DNA of 63,177 nt, the filler included, from Vannella sp. (Eukaryota), in assembly GCA_023345925.1 (NCBI GenBank). It is 5 parts of 5 records of this genome, joined end to end, with 100 filler letters (N's around TTAATTAATTAA, not from the genome) between each part and the next. Parts side by side here need not be neighbours in the genome. Positions count along the whole stretch, not along the records: positions 48,415 to 56,830 come from JAJQQN010001007.1; positions 56,931 to 60,809 come from JAJQQN010001381.1; 3 more parts are not named here. One strand, written 5' to 3'. The stretch's first letter is position 1, and every line of letters begins with the position of its first letter. The notes under the pieces are model-generated. The model ran no database searches and was not told the origin of the DNA. It was given only the letters and a program-made list of their open reading frames with translations. Shown in pieces: positions 48,899 to 59,282 of this stretch. The translations under genes were made by a program, and so were the position numbers.

Positions 48899-50833
48899 AT
48901 GTCGGGGTCCCCGAAGCCCCATCGGAGTCGTTCGGGGAGCGTTGTGGTGGCGTGTGCGCGGCCAGTGTGGGTACAAGATGAGGAGAAGGGTGACTGTTCA
49001 CAGTGCCAGAAGGGCTTCTCTCTTCTGTCTCGGCGGGTGCGTCTCCTGAACCGGTACAGCAGAAAGGGACTCATTGGAGGGGCCAGCATCATTGTCGGGC
49101 GTGTGGCAACCTCTTCTGCGCGTCTTGCTCTAGTAAGAAGAAAGAGCTGCCTGAGTTTGGGTACTTGGGGGAGCAGCGGGTGTGCAACACCTGTTTCTCT
49201 TCTGCCTCTTCAGATAACCCCAAGAAGAAGCGGGGCCGTAGCTCCACCGTCTCTCGGCCTGTGCTAGAAGATACTATGCTACTTACAGACAGTTTGGGGC
49301 GCCCTGTACGTCGCTTCCACTTCTGTTTAACAGTGAACTCGTTCCGATGGTACAAGAACCAGGGGGAAGAAGAGTCTGGTAGGTTACACCGCTATACATG
49401 ACATTTCTAGAGTCTCCTGACATTACTTGAAGCCTATCACGTCCTCCTAAAGGACGTGTTGACCGTGGCGAAGCCATCAGAGTTCGAGTTTGTCATTCAC
49501 ACCTTCCCCTGGCGCAACCAGGACCAGATCGCAAGACACCACCTGGTGATACGCGTTAGATGCGACAGTGAAGAACAGCGAGACACGTGGATAGGGGAGA
49601 TTCAAGCCCGTGTGAGCCAGCAACAACAAAACGTCAAAGGTGCGGCTCTCCCCTGTCCAGACTCTTCGCGTTGGAGCTCATATGGAGAACCAGCGAACAG
49701 GAAGCTCTTGATACTTGTTAATCCCTTCTCTGGACGCAAGATGGGCCACACCATATGGAAGGAGACAGAGAAGATCTTCCGGCTTGCTGGGATTGAGCTC
49801 TCTGTTCGGTGTAGGTCTCCATCAAGTCTCCCAATCGAGTTCTGACAAGTGTGGAATACCAGATACAGAGTATGGGGGCCATGCAGCAGAGCTGGTGTCC
49901 GCCATTCAGATTGGCGCCTTTGACGGCATCGTCTGCGTATCTGGAGATGGCCTTGTGCACGAGGTCTTCAATGGGCTGATGTCAAGGAAAGACTGGGACC
50001 AGGCTATCAAGATCCCTCTCGGAACCATCCCTGCTGGAAGCGGGAACGCCCTTGCGACGGACATGGGCACTCTTGATCCCATCTCAGCTGCATTTGGTAT
50101 AGCTAGGGGTATGCACTACTCTACACTCTTCTACGCCCGAATCTGACATGTCTGGGACCTCGAAGGAGATACCAGGCCCCTCGACCTCATTCAGCTGTCT
50201 CAGGAAGGGGAGAAGGACACGTACAGCTTCCTCAGTGTGAACTGGGGGATGGTGTCTGATGTGGACTTTGGCTCAGAGCGCTACCGGTTCGCTGGAGGGG
50301 CGCGCTTTACGGTCCAAGCTTTCGCTTGCATTAGCAGCTTGAAGTTCTACTCTGCTCGCTTGGAGTACGTCCCTGCAGCGACAGCAGATCCCATGCCTTG
50401 TACTCGAGATCATACCTGCCCTCGATGCTTATCCGGTGAGTCAGCGGAAGAGGCTCCCGAGGAGGCGGAAGAGGTGTGGGAGACCTGCGAGGGGCAGTTC
50501 GTCACGCTTGTGTGCTGCAACATTGCACAAATCTCTTTCGATATCCGTTGTGCACCTTATGCGCACCTGTCAGATGGGTGCGTGGACCTTCTGATCGTCA
50601 GACAGTGCACTCGAACAGAGATGTTCGACCTCTTCTCTCAAATGGAGCGAGGGGAGTACGTGAACAGCTCTGTGTTCAATGGAAAGAAGTTCCTCAGCTA
50701 CATCAAGGCCAAAAAGTTCCGGCTGACCCCTGAAACACAGGAGAGTCTCCTCGGCTTTGATGGAGAACGTGCTCCTTCCCAGACTCCCGTCACTGCCTTG
50801 AACCGTCGTGGGTTGGCAACTCTGCTAGGATGA
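48899..50833 (+). CDS. Sphingosine kinase-like protein with N-terminal FYVE and PH-like domains (spliced)
   Basis: FYVE WVQD..CSQC..RR/HHCRACGNLFC..RVCNTC; kinase motifs VNPFSG, SGDGLVHEVFNGL, IPAGSGNALA, DVDFGSERYR and DGE. Confidence 0.88.
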
Positions 50834-50838
50834 AGCAT

Positions 50839-51374
50839 TTATGCTTCCTTCACCAGTGCCTCGATGACGTTGATGCCTCCTTGATAGCCAGCGCTCTCCA
50901 CTGTACAATACCCAGCTCCAGTCAGCTCCCCTAAAGTCTTCGTTGCAAGAGCTCTTCGTACCTCGGTTGCTGGTGAGGGAGTAATCGCTAGAAGGCTTAA
51001 GAGGGCCTCTTGTGGAGATGATCTCGACCTCTTCAATCTGGCCATTCGTCACGTGGAGGGAGAAAGTGTTGAAGTACATGTACGATGGGGGATTGGGACG
51101 CCCTGCAGTGCACGAGATGTCTCCCTTTTCTGATTCCGTAAACTCGAGCACCCATTCCTCAGAGGATCCCCCGTTGGCGGCGTATCGGAAGGTGCAGGTC
51201 ATCCCCCGCTACCCTCTTCTGTCAGTCTGCTTCTCTCCACTCCATCCAACCCACCAAGGCCAACGACACCTCTCCAGGCACGTCTGGCTTCAAGTTGAAC
51301 ATGATGCTATCCTCAGCCACTGCCCAAGCTGCCAAACACACAACAAGGAGCCCCAGCCGACCCCAACAGGACAT
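50839..51374 (-). CDS. MYDGF: Myeloid-derived growth factor (UPF0556) homologue (spliced)
   Basis: Signal peptide, then FNLKP and TCTFRYAANGGSSEEW..SCTAGRPNPPSYMYFNTF matching the MYDGF core. Confidence 0.75.
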
Positions 51375-51391
51375 GGCAGAATGGGACAGAG

Positions 51392-51440
51392 TAGGGTTTA
51401 TTGTTAGGGTTTCTCCAAACCCTGGGAGCTAAACCCTAAC
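51392..51440. promoter_or_regulatory. Cluster of four telo-box-like (AAACCCTA) motifs in a bidirectional promoter
   Basis: TAGGGTTT, GTTAGGGTTT, AAACCCTG and AAACCCTAAC within 49 bp, between divergent ATGs 86 bp apart. Confidence 0.5.
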
Positions 51441-51460
51441 TGTCATGTTGTCACTTGCTG

Positions 51461-53512
51461 ATGGGGCTGAGCATTTGGATGCTTGCTTCGTTGTTGGGGG
51501 AGGCTTGGGTGCATGTGCTTCCGCAGCTAAGCATCTTCTTCTTCTTATTCTGCGTGTTCCACTCGCGTGGGCTGACGCTTTACGAGACCTTCTGGGTGTC
51601 CTTCCCGCTGGGCTACTCGTTGGTGTCGTGGATTATCTTCATTGCGAGCTCAGTGGTCGGGCATGTCGATACCTCAGTGGTTCGTGGTATCTACATGGGC
51701 TTTGCCTTGCTTTCTGTCCCTCTGTTGGCCATCGCCCTGAGGAGAATAGCCAACAAACCGGGATACGCCAAAGAGCTCACTCTCGAGCTTCGACGCGAAG
51801 TGTTCCTCAACTTCCTGCTTCTTGTGTCTGCGTGCTACTTTGGGTGGACTTTCTACACTCACCAACTGTACAAGGATCGCCAGGGCAACGAATGGAGTGG
51901 CGGTTCAGTTTGGGCGGACTTTCCCTTCCACTTGAACGTCGCCAGCTCGTTCCTTCATGGCGAGAACAAGTACTTCTCGCTCTTTGGTAAGCTCAAGTCC
52001 TCGATCTACGCAGGGCACTCAATGAGTTACCCGATCATCCCTGACTTCCACATGGCAACGTTGATGTCACTCGGATTGACCTCTCGTCAAGCCACGTTGT
52101 TCCCCAGCGTGATGATCTGTATCTCCTTGTCAGCACTGCTTTACTCTTTCATCCGCCGGTTCCTCAGTGGCCGCTTTGTATCCACAAGGCTCTACGAAAA
52201 GGAGGCGTTCTTCGCGGTCCTTCTCTTCTTCCTCTGTGGCGGGATCGGAGGCTGGACCATGTTGAGAGATCGAGAATTGACTCTGCCAGAGGTAGGAAAT
52301 ACAGATTGGATCCAGCGGACATCCTCGGATGAGGAACTCTACTGGTTCAGCATTGTCTGCCACATTCTCCTCCCCCAGCGCACTGCCACGTACGCCTACC
52401 CTTTGGTAACTCTTATTTTCTCTTGCCTTTATACTGGAATCAATAGCGAGTCGCTCACATACGTGGAGAAGCGTAGACTCTTCACATTGGCAGGATTCAT
52501 AACTGGCCTTCTCCCTCTTATTCACGCTCACTCCTTCCTAGTAGTAGGGGTGACTGCGGCCTTCTTCTGCATAACTTATCCTGGGCAACTGTTCGACTTG
52601 AGCAAAAAAGGGCACTTTTTCTTGTGGCTCGCCTTCGCCATCCCCATTATCCTTTTCGCCTTCCCCCAGATTCCCACTTACCTTGAACGCATCCAGAATG
52701 GGGACTCTCATGGACAATCGTTCATTAAGTTTGCTCCTGTGTGGCGGAATAACCCGTGGGTAGAGACGGCACCGGATGTTTTGGACTTGAATTTCTTTGT
52801 TCTCTGGTGGAAGTCACTTACTTTCACCTTGCCGTTGTCTTTGCTGGGCATTGCTTTCTTGGATGTGAAGCAGCGCAAGTTTTATGCTGCTTTGTTGGTG
52901 ATCTTTGTGATGGCCAATGTCATTAACTTCCAGCCATGGGACAAAGATAACACCAAGATCTTTGCTATTTGGATGTTCCTCGCCTCTGCTGTGGCAGTCT
53001 TGGCTTTGTCCAAGCTTGCACAAGTTAGCTTCCTACTCAAACCTGTAGTGGCAATTATCTTCATCTCAATGATCATCTCCGGGACGTTCATTTGCATTAG
53101 GGAGTCAGAAATGCACAATTGGAAGTTCAGTGACCAGGAAGACTACAAAGTGGCTGCTGTCGTGCGTGAAAGGACCGCTCATGATGCCATCTTCATCACA
53201 AGTGATTCACATCTCCACCCGATCACCAACTTGGCTGGGCGCACGACTGTTTATGGGTACGGAGGATGGTTGCATTCGCATGGTTATCCTGGTTTGTGGG
53301 AGAGAGAACAGGAGCTTAAGGGCTTCCTCCGTGATCCTGCAAACCAATTGAAGTTCCTAGAAAAGTACAACGTCTCTTACTTGTGCTGGGACATGACAAT
53401 GCCAAACAATGACTTCAAGCAAGAGTACTTTGACAAAACCCGCGAAGTCCTCATTGTTCATCATACTTGGAAGTACAAAGTTTATGATTTACGCGCTCTT
53501 CGCTCGGCTTAA
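51461..53512 (+). CDS. Polytopic membrane protein, putative GT-C-fold glycosyltransferase
   Basis: Many TM helices; loop motifs WADFPFHL, SYPIIPDF, LLPQR, IHAHSF and FQPWDKDNTK; C-terminal soluble domain ending KYNVSY. Confidence 0.6.
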   Translation: MGLSIWMLASLLGEAWVHVLPQLSIFFFLFCVFHSRGLTLYETFWVSFPLGYSLVSWIIFIASSVVGHVDTSVVRGIYMGFALLSVPLLAIALRRIANKPGYAKELTLELRREVFLNFLLLVSACYFGWTFYTHQLYKDRQGNEWSGGSVWADFPFHLNVASSFLHGENKYFSLFGKLKSSIYAGHSMSYPIIPDFHMATLMSLGLTSRQATLFPSVMICISLSALLYSFIRRFLSGRFVSTRLYEKEAFFAVLLFFLCGGIGGWTMLRDRELTLPEVGNTDWIQRTSSDEELYWFSIVCHILLPQRTATYAYPLVTLIFSCLYTGINSESLTYVEKRRLFTLAGFITGLLPLIHAHSFLVVGVTAAFFCITYPGQLFDLSKKGHFFLWLAFAIPIILFAFPQIPTYLERIQNGDSHGQSFIKFAPVWRNNPWVETAPDVLDLNFFVLWWKSLTFTLPLSLLGIAFLDVKQRKFYAALLVIFVMANVINFQPWDKDNTKIFAIWMFLASAVAVLALSKLAQVSFLLKPVVAIIFISMIISGTFICIRESEMHNWKFSDQEDYKVAAVVRERTAHDAIFITSDSHLHPITNLAGRTTVYGYGGWLHSHGYPGLWEREQELKGFLRDPANQLKFLEKYNVSYLCWDMTMPNNDFKQEYFDKTREVLIVHHTWKYKVYDLRALRSA

Positions 53513-53541
53513 ATGAACGCAGTTGACACTCCTTTGCTCAC

Positions 53542-56500
53542 TCACCAAGAGTCGTCATCAGAGGAATACTCTTCGATTGTTGGTGCCTCTTCCGTGTCTC
53601 GCCTGATGAACTCGCGGCGACTAGTCACTGCTTGCATAAGCAAGTCCCCAATGGAATCGGTATCGTCATAGTTTGAAGAAGGGCGTTGGGGAGGGCGTGA
53701 GGGACGGGAGACTTGGGGTTTGGCCGTCTGAGATGGCATTGGCGGAGCAGCGGGGACCTCTGACGGCGAAGTTATGCGGTTAGGTGGTGCATTCCCTGCC
53801 AATGGGGGACGAGGACCTCCAGTACTTGGAGGGGAGGATTGAATCATTGATTGAGCCATCGCTGGAGGAGGTCCTCTTGTTGCAGGGGGAGGAGGAGGAC
53901 CTCCAGTTGCGCCATTAATTGCAGGGGGAGGAGGACCTGTTGTTGCAGGTGGAGGAGGACCTGTTGTTGTCCGAGGATGTCCTTTAATTGGCGGAGGAGG
54001 ACCTGTGGTTGCGGGAGGAGGACCTTTTGTGGCAGTGGGAGGACCCGTTCTAACGGGGGTTGGGGAAGATATCGGAATGTCTTGAGGCCCTGTGAAAGAT
54101 TGACTCGGTGTCTTGAGCTTCTCCGCGAGAAATTCTCTTAATGCTGGCGGAGGAGGTTTTCTAGTGAAAGAGCTCGGAGAAGAAATCTGAATGTTTTGGG
54201 AGGCTGTCTTGCTCTTGCGAGAAGAAGGAGTCAAAGTTACTGTCCTGCATTCCACAACCGACTCGGCCTCAAACACATCAACATCAACATTCTCCCCGTT
54301 GCCAAGCCAAGCACTCAGCTCCTCCTTGGTCATATGATTATCTGGAGCGGTCATAAAGCGATCTTGCAGTTCGGCCACATCCGAGTCAGGGTCGTCATCG
54401 GAATAGTCTGCATCGGAAAAGTCAAAGTCAGGAAGGTCGTCAAGATGCATGTCTTCAGGGACTTCTGCTAAGGGGCCCACATTGGTTGGGGTTTCGAAAG
54501 GGTGCCGAATGGAGCCTTTCATGTCCAACGCAAAGGCAATCTTGGTGCCATTCGGGTGCTTTTCTTGACAGTTTAGCGAGCACATTCGCTGGATGTCTGC
54601 TAGGACCTCTCGCAATCGAACTGCGATTTGGTCTCCAAACTTTTGTCTCGCTTTCTTGTAGTCAGACCAAGGGAATGGGACAGTGTGGAGGGTTCTGTTG
54701 ACAGAGAATACCTGTAGGAGAGCTTGGAAACCTGAATAGAGGATACGATTCCCGTCAATGTCTAAGAAGGAAAGGGAAGAGTTGGCGCGGAGAGAGCCAA
54801 CCATGGATGCCAGGCCCACATCATCCAGTCCATTATCGGAGATATCTAACTCCTCAAGAGACCCGTTGCGCTTAAGCTGGTTCACAAACCGAGAAGCGAT
54901 CTCCCCAAAGCCGCCCGCAATACTCAACGCTCGGATATTGGGGCTGGAATTCACTAAGCGCACCAAAGCATCCAACACTAACGTATTGCCATCTTGAGGA
55001 GATCCCAAGGACTTGTAACATCGGTCCAATACCAAAGTATGGAGCATCTTGTGAGTATGAAGTGTGTCCAGAATGGTTGTGAGAGTCGAGGCTTTGAATC
55101 GATTATCAGATAAGGTTAGGGTGTGGATGGTTGAGCCGCGGGCCAGGGCTTCAAGAATGTAATGGTCATCAGATTCCTTCTTGAGGTTGTTGTTGTCCAG
55201 ATGGACGCGGACATCCATTAGACGTTGGTTCGTGAGCATCACAGAAAGGATTTTCCCAACTTGTTCAGACGAGAGGCCGCAGTTAGACAGGTCCAGCGAC
55301 TGCAGAGACTTGCTTGTCTCTATCCAGAGCGTCATTAACTGGACATCTGCACTGCTTAGCTTATTGCCAGAGACATCCAGTGATCTCAATCTGGGCACAA
55401 ACACCAATCCACGTCCTATGAGGACATAGGAGAGCTCACAACTCCTCAGATAAAGGTGCTGGAGGGACAAGTCATCACGCCCGTGGTTGATCCAGTTACC
55501 AAGAAGGGCACTCCCACGCGACCCCAGCCGGTTTTGAGACAGATCAAGCTGTTGAATACTCAATGACATGCCATAGTTGTTCTTAAAGCAATAGAATAGC
55601 TCCTCCAAGCTGCGGAGGGAAAGATGGCAGTTCCTCAAACTCAACACACAAAGCGAATGTTGGAACTCAGTGAGTGCCAAAGAGATAGCCTTTGCACCAT
55701 AATAAGGTATCTTGCTATCACTGATGTCTAACACTTGGATGGCATGGTCCCTATTGGCAAGAAGGGAGTTTCCAAAGTTCTCAAAAGAGCCTGGGGAATC
55801 CATGTTGGCCAGTTCAATCTTGGTTAGAGTGGAATTGAATCGGACCACGTTCGAGAGCATAAGGAGCACTTGCTGGTTGCCGCTGCACTCTGTGAGGACG
55901 AGCGAGAGAAAGTAGGTACAATGACGAAGTGCCCCTACCAACGGCAGCATCACTTCTGGATCCTCCACCATTGGACAACGAGAAAGATCCAAGTCAAATG
56001 ACCGTCTCTCGTACATCCCTTCGATCATGCGAGCCAGATCTCGCGAATAATACGCTCCAAAGTAGTTGCATTGCGCTTGATAGGCCTCCAATACCCCTCC
56101 AGCGATGGGCTCCTCTATTCCATTCATGTTAATACCCACGAATAACACGCTAGGAGGGTGTTTGCGTACTGATATCGCTTAGGGGAAGCAAGGAGGGGTT
56201 GTCGGGCACAACAAACTTGCAGCAAAGGGCCTCAAGATAGCCAATAGTGATACGAGAGTACGCCGTGCGGATAGCTTGAATGATAAAGCCAATACGGAAG
56301 CAGCAAACATCAACAGAGGAGCTAAGACCCTTCGCCTTTCGGAAAGTCAGGGTGGCACGATGTCCTGACTCGTGCGTGAGCTCAAGAAGGTCATAGAGGT
56401 GATGATCTGCTACAATCTGCACTCCCATAAGAGCTGATCAGTCTTGTAGAGAAGCCATACCTGAGGAGGAGCCTTTCGGAAGAGGTAAAGGCGGTGACAG

Positions 56501-56646
56501 CCCACCACGAGAAGGCGATCTTTCATCTTTGTTTTGCTAATGATTTGCACGTGCTCTGCACAGATCACTCCCTCATGGTAGGTACCATGCTTCTTCTCTA
56601 TGGCCAGCTTCACCACCTCCAGCTCTTCAGATAACTGAGGAGGCAT
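53542..56646 (-). CDS. CARMIL/Acan125-like LRR protein with Pro-rich region and C/A-type acidic tail (spliced)
   Basis: N-terminal PH-like DRLLVVGCHRLYLF, GGVLEAYQAQCNY, many RI-type LRRs, polyproline tract, terminal acidic SSDDDSW. Confidence 0.8.
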
Positions 56647-56830
56647 CGCCAAGGGGAGGAACAACAAATGACCTCTCCCCTTACATCCCATTTCTTTCTC
56701 CCTCGCATGATTTTAAAGTACCTTCCAAGCCCTGCATGATTTTAAAGTCCTTGAGGCCCTTTATGATGTTATCTCCTGAGGTTTTGAAAGGAAGACCTGG
56801 TCACGTGACATCTGGAAGTTCGTCCAAAAG

Positions 56831-56930
56831 NNNNNNNNNNNNNNNNNNNNNNNNNNNNNNNNNNNNNNNNNNNNTTAATTAATTAANNNNNNNNNNNNNN
56901 NNNNNNNNNNNNNNNNNNNNNNNNNNNNNN
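56831..56930. other. Artificial contig linker
   Basis: N44-TTAATTAATTAA-N44. Confidence 0.97.
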
Positions 56931-57219
56931 GATGCGGCGAAGCCTTCGGTCAACCCCACCACACGGTGATGGAGGCGGAGAATACATCTTGGAGGGAACA
57001 TGGAGTCAACAGCTGTCATGGGGATCCCCATGGCAGCTGGACCATGCGCAAAAACCTACTTGAGGGAATCAGGATAACGGGCTTAATCTTAATCATCTAC
57101 AGATAGACCGTTAGTAGAGTGGAGTTGGGGAGGTAGCAGTTGTCCCAGCAATCCTTTTATTCAATTATAAACCCAATGAACGAATTAGGTTCAAACGACC
57201 ATTTCTTTCTGTGGACGAA

Positions 57220-57396
57220 ATGCTCGAGTCCGTGCTGGCTGTGGTGGTGGCGAGTTGGGACTTTTTTATCGAGAACACCTTCTTGGCGTTCCCTATCTCA
57301 AGCGTGATGATGGTCCTTCTGTTCGTTGGTCTGATCTTTGTCCCTCCCGATCGCCATCCTTCCGCGCCTGGACTGGTGAAGGACAAGCAGCGATGA
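57220..57396 (+). CDS. Small hypothetical membrane protein (58 aa)
   Basis: ATG ORF with one clear TM helix; stop lies 50 bp from the convergent PRP17 stop. Confidence 0.4.
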   Translation: MLESVLAVVVASWDFFIENTFLAFPISSVMMVLLFVGLIFVPPDRHPSAPGLVKDKQR

Positions 57397-57446
57397 TCTT
57401 GCGAGCCTCTTTATTGTGCTGATAAAGCACTCACACGATCACCACA

Positions 57447-59218
57447 CTAATCCCACAGATGAATGCGCCCATCCCAACCCGCAGTAATGACCTTGGACGT
57501 CTCAATCGGGTGCCAGAGGGCGCTGATGCAAACTCCTTCGTGCGCTTTCATCTTCCTGTTGGCAAGCGATGAGTATGAAGGGGTGAGTAGTGAGAATGAG
57601 CTTCTTACTTGTAAATAGCGCCCGTCCTCCAGTCCCAGATGAAAAGGCTTCCACCAGAGTCTCCGGAGATCAGGAACTTGTTGTCCGGGGAGAAGGAGGG
57701 CTGGCACGCGTAGCCTGCGACAATATGCCCCTTAAACTGCTTCTTTCGGTTGAGTTTGAAGCGGTCTGAGGCTGTGAACACGAGGATTTGGTTGTCCATG
57801 GACTGGCATGCAATCCACTTCTCATCAGCAGATCGTGCAACTCGTGGCATAGAGTGCATGTAAGGTTCACTGATAGTCTTGATCTCCACAGGGGTGTTAA
57901 AGTCCCACACTCGGATGGACTTGTCGTCGGAGGTTGAGGCAAACCGGCGGTTGTCGTCTACGAAGGTGATGCTGTTGATGGCACCCAAGTGGCGGTTGTA
58001 GTTCAACTCAATCTCATTGGTACGACAATCCCACTGGACGATCTGCTTATCCAAGCAGCCAGCAAGGAAGACGTTGGAGTCGTTTGGATAGAACTCGCAG
58101 CACGAGGGAACAGCGTCGTGCTTGTACCGACCAATGACTTCGCCTGACTCTGTGTCCCACAGCTTCACGTACTGATCAAGCGAGCTTGTGATGAAGCGCG
58201 TTCCATCCGCACAGAATGCCGCGTCTCGGATGCCCCTTTGATGTCCGTGGAAGGTGCGCAGCACTCGGCGGTTGTTGTAGACGTCCCAGATCTTGGCCTT
58301 TCCATCCATATCAGCAGATAGGAGCAAGTGGCCTGTGTTTGGGAAGAGTTTGATGGTGGAGATGGCTTTCGTGTGGCCAGCCCACGTGTGGATGCGCTTC
58401 TTGGGTAGGAAGCAGTCCACGTCTTCCCTTGGTTTGACCCCTGAGGGAGCACTGAGATAGGTGCGCCCTTGGTAGTCGTAGCGCTCCTTGGCGTGCAAAA
58501 TTGTGCGCTCTTTCATCTTTGAGGCATCTTCCACAGGTTCCTGGTCCTCTGCTGCCTCAGGCTTCTTCTCTGTATCTTCTTGCTCCTCATTCTCCTCTTC
58601 CTTCCCTCTCACCACGAAGGTCGGCTCCACAATATCCTCATCATCACTTGCAGTCCTCACATCTTCTTCGTAAGGGGCCCATGGACCGAGGAAGTCCACA
58701 GTTCCAGCCGCACCTGACTTGACTCTCTTCTTCTTGGGTGCTCTGCTCTTGTCAAGGACCGTGCGGCCCTCATTTGCGCCCGCCTTCTGAAGGTCCCCAA
58801 CGAAGTTCTGCGATCCGTCGGGGTTGAAGAGCGGTGCAGAAGGGTCGTTGGCGTAACCAAAGCGGTAGAAGGTGTTGTACTGCTGATCAAAGCTCTGGTC
58901 TCGCTGGAAAAGGGGCTCGAGCGTCCCATTCCACGTGTTCTTCTCAGCCAGGGCGTGGGGCTGGTGGGGGAAGGTGGGACCCTCACGGGGACGATATAAT
59001 ACATCAGCTGATACGTTGAATGCCAGCTCACGCCCATCAGGAATGTACAGGTCCGTTTTCTACCTTCCTGTCAGCCCCTTCACCTAAACTCCCTTCCCAC
59101 TCACAATCAGGACGTCAGGTACATCTGGGGCAGCGTTGATCTTGATGCGCTTCAAAGGAGGAACCCCCTCCAGGCCCCCTTCGTGCCCAGTGGAGTAGGA
59201 AGCTAAAAGTTCGTCCAT
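57447..59218 (-). CDS. CDC40: Pre-mRNA splicing factor PRP17/CDC40 (WD40, spliced)
   Basis: [39 protein letters not shown] and [16 protein letters not shown]. Confidence 0.93.
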
Positions 59219-59282
59219 CCCCGAGGTCGAGCGGCAAATGAGCTCCCCTGGGGACCAGTTTATTGTCGCTTGTGCAAGAGAC

